A stretch of DNA of 64,000 nt from the NCBI GenBank assembly GCA_965644265.1, contig OZ286459.1:101866001-101930000 (forward strand). Reading direction: 5' to 3'. The position numbers and the translations under genes were made by a program. A model generated the notes under the pieces. That model made no database searches, was not told the DNA's origin, and saw nothing but the letters and a program-made list of their open reading frames with translations. Shown here one piece after another: positions 62,512-64,000 of the stretch. The DNA is from Glycera tridactyla (taxonomy: Eukaryota). Numbering within the stretch: the first letter of the stretch is position 1; each line of letters starts with the position of its first letter.

Positions 62512-64000
62512 GATATATTGTGATCCAAAGACATTATCATGTGAACTTGAATGGTACTGATTCGGTGGATATATATTTTAGGTAGCTAACTGTGATAGGA
62601 ATGTTCGAAGTGATTGGTTCTATTAAGAACGACAATAGAGAACAACTCAGTAAGTAGACTGCATCAGTGGCTTGGCGTGAGCGGCAGGGGAATCTTCCGG
62701 ATTATATCATGCTAACAAAAGCTGAAAAACGTGAATATAAACTCAAATATTCACATTATAGCTCTACAGACGACTCTGTCCTATGGAGAAAACCAGAGAT
62801 ATTTTCGTTAGGAAATATCTCCTTCGCAGTGACTTAACAGTGACCTGTCGGTGTAATCTCAACGAATTTCGATGCGCTCCTCAGTTTTGTTGGAGTCCTA
62901 TTTGCATATTGTCCTATGTAGTAACCAATAGGAGGGACGGGTATCTCATGAATATGCAAGAGGTTGCTGAAGCGCTGCGGCGGTTTTCTTACGAAACCGT
63001 GCTATAGTCTGTTCGTTAGCATTTGTGAGCCACTTGGCTACACGAAATATAGAAATTTCCACAGGTTGAACATGAATGTGATCATCGTACGCTCAATGTC
63101 TACAATCTTAGGTTTTCTAATCTACTGAATATGAATTGAATGAGGTTGGACATATTGTTCCGGTATTATTATGCTGCCGTGTTTCATCAGACTTTATAAA
63201 GGTCTCACAGTCTTCACAAATGTTATTTGATGGAGATGAGACATCTCCATCCCATCAAACATATGACATGCTCAAGTTACATATGAAGGTACAATGATAG
63301 AATGACTGCTTCACATGCTCCTCTCAATCAAAGCATATCCACCCTAAAAGCAATAGTGTAGAACAGTCGAACTTGTCCTGAGCGAGATTTGTACAGAGTA
63401 AGAACTTGCGTTGAGCAACTGGATTTGCTTGAGAATCTGTTCTCTGTAATCGACCTGTTATAAGCAGATACCTGCCTTGGGCACAGTATTTTTCTCTTCC
63501 CTTGGCTTCATGCAAGCCTGATTGAATGAAGCTGCTGGCCTTGCTTTCCGGAAGTGTAGCCATACCGGATGTCAGCTCTCCTCGTAAGTAGAGCCGAAAT
63601 TAATTTTCCCCGAGGGTAACTGTGATATCGTCTGACGGGCCACGATGGACAACTTAAGGCCTATACCATGAGCTTGGCAGTGATCGATATATCCATCATG
63701 GTATATATCATGTCCAGGCCTCGCATTGTGTCTGGCGTTACCAGTCATTGCCTCAACATTTTATCAAGTATCTCCCCGTACGCCGCTATGACCAATATTC
63801 TACTAAAAAGAGTATAGTAAGTCGCTGGAGCTGGGGCTTTGTTATCAAATTAGAACCCAGATTTGAGGAGGGACTCGATGTCAGTTGACCAGGTCCCGTG
63901 ACGTCTATCTCACGCCTCGTTGCCTAGTCGTCGTCTATGTAATTGATTTTCGTGCGGAGCATTCTCAGCCACAGATGTCTCATCATCAGACACGGGAGTA

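Noticed and set aside
62512-62720. Hammerhead ribozyme or pLTR after the Penelope endonuclease
   Set aside because: Only a very degenerate CTGTGA..CGAAG is present. There is no intact core.

Overview
Eukaryotic (animal) genomic DNA, most likely an invertebrate bilaterian. A lophotrochozoan such as a mollusc or annelid is my inference from the repeat types, and I cannot confirm it. The window is almost all intron/intergenic sequence with nine N gaps. Only one host-gene coding exon is recognisable: 42961-43996 (+, CDS from 43284), which encodes a signal peptide, an atypical CUB domain, one full EGF repeat and half of a second EGF, and ends at a phase-2 GTAAG donor. I found no continuing exon in the remaining 20 kb. 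A 45-nt exon candidate at 22591-22635 may be an upstream 5'UTR exon. The rest is a layered repeat landscape: one young 5'-truncated L2/Crack-like LINE (1549-3240), four older LINE ORF2 remnants (all on the - strand), a frameshifted Penelope-like GIY-YIG endonuclease remnant (62.1-62.5 kb) that the ORF track shows only in part, a pogo/Tc1-type MITE family, several SINE-like families, two large minisatellites (20-bp and 41-bp units) with higher-order structure and CpG-decay variants, and many microsatellites. There are no rRNA, intact tRNA, CRISPR or prokaryote-type systems. I found no convincing novel multi-gene system. The most interesting items are the single-exon SP-CUB-EGF architecture, the Penelope remnant, the minisatellite evolution and the LINE orientation bias.
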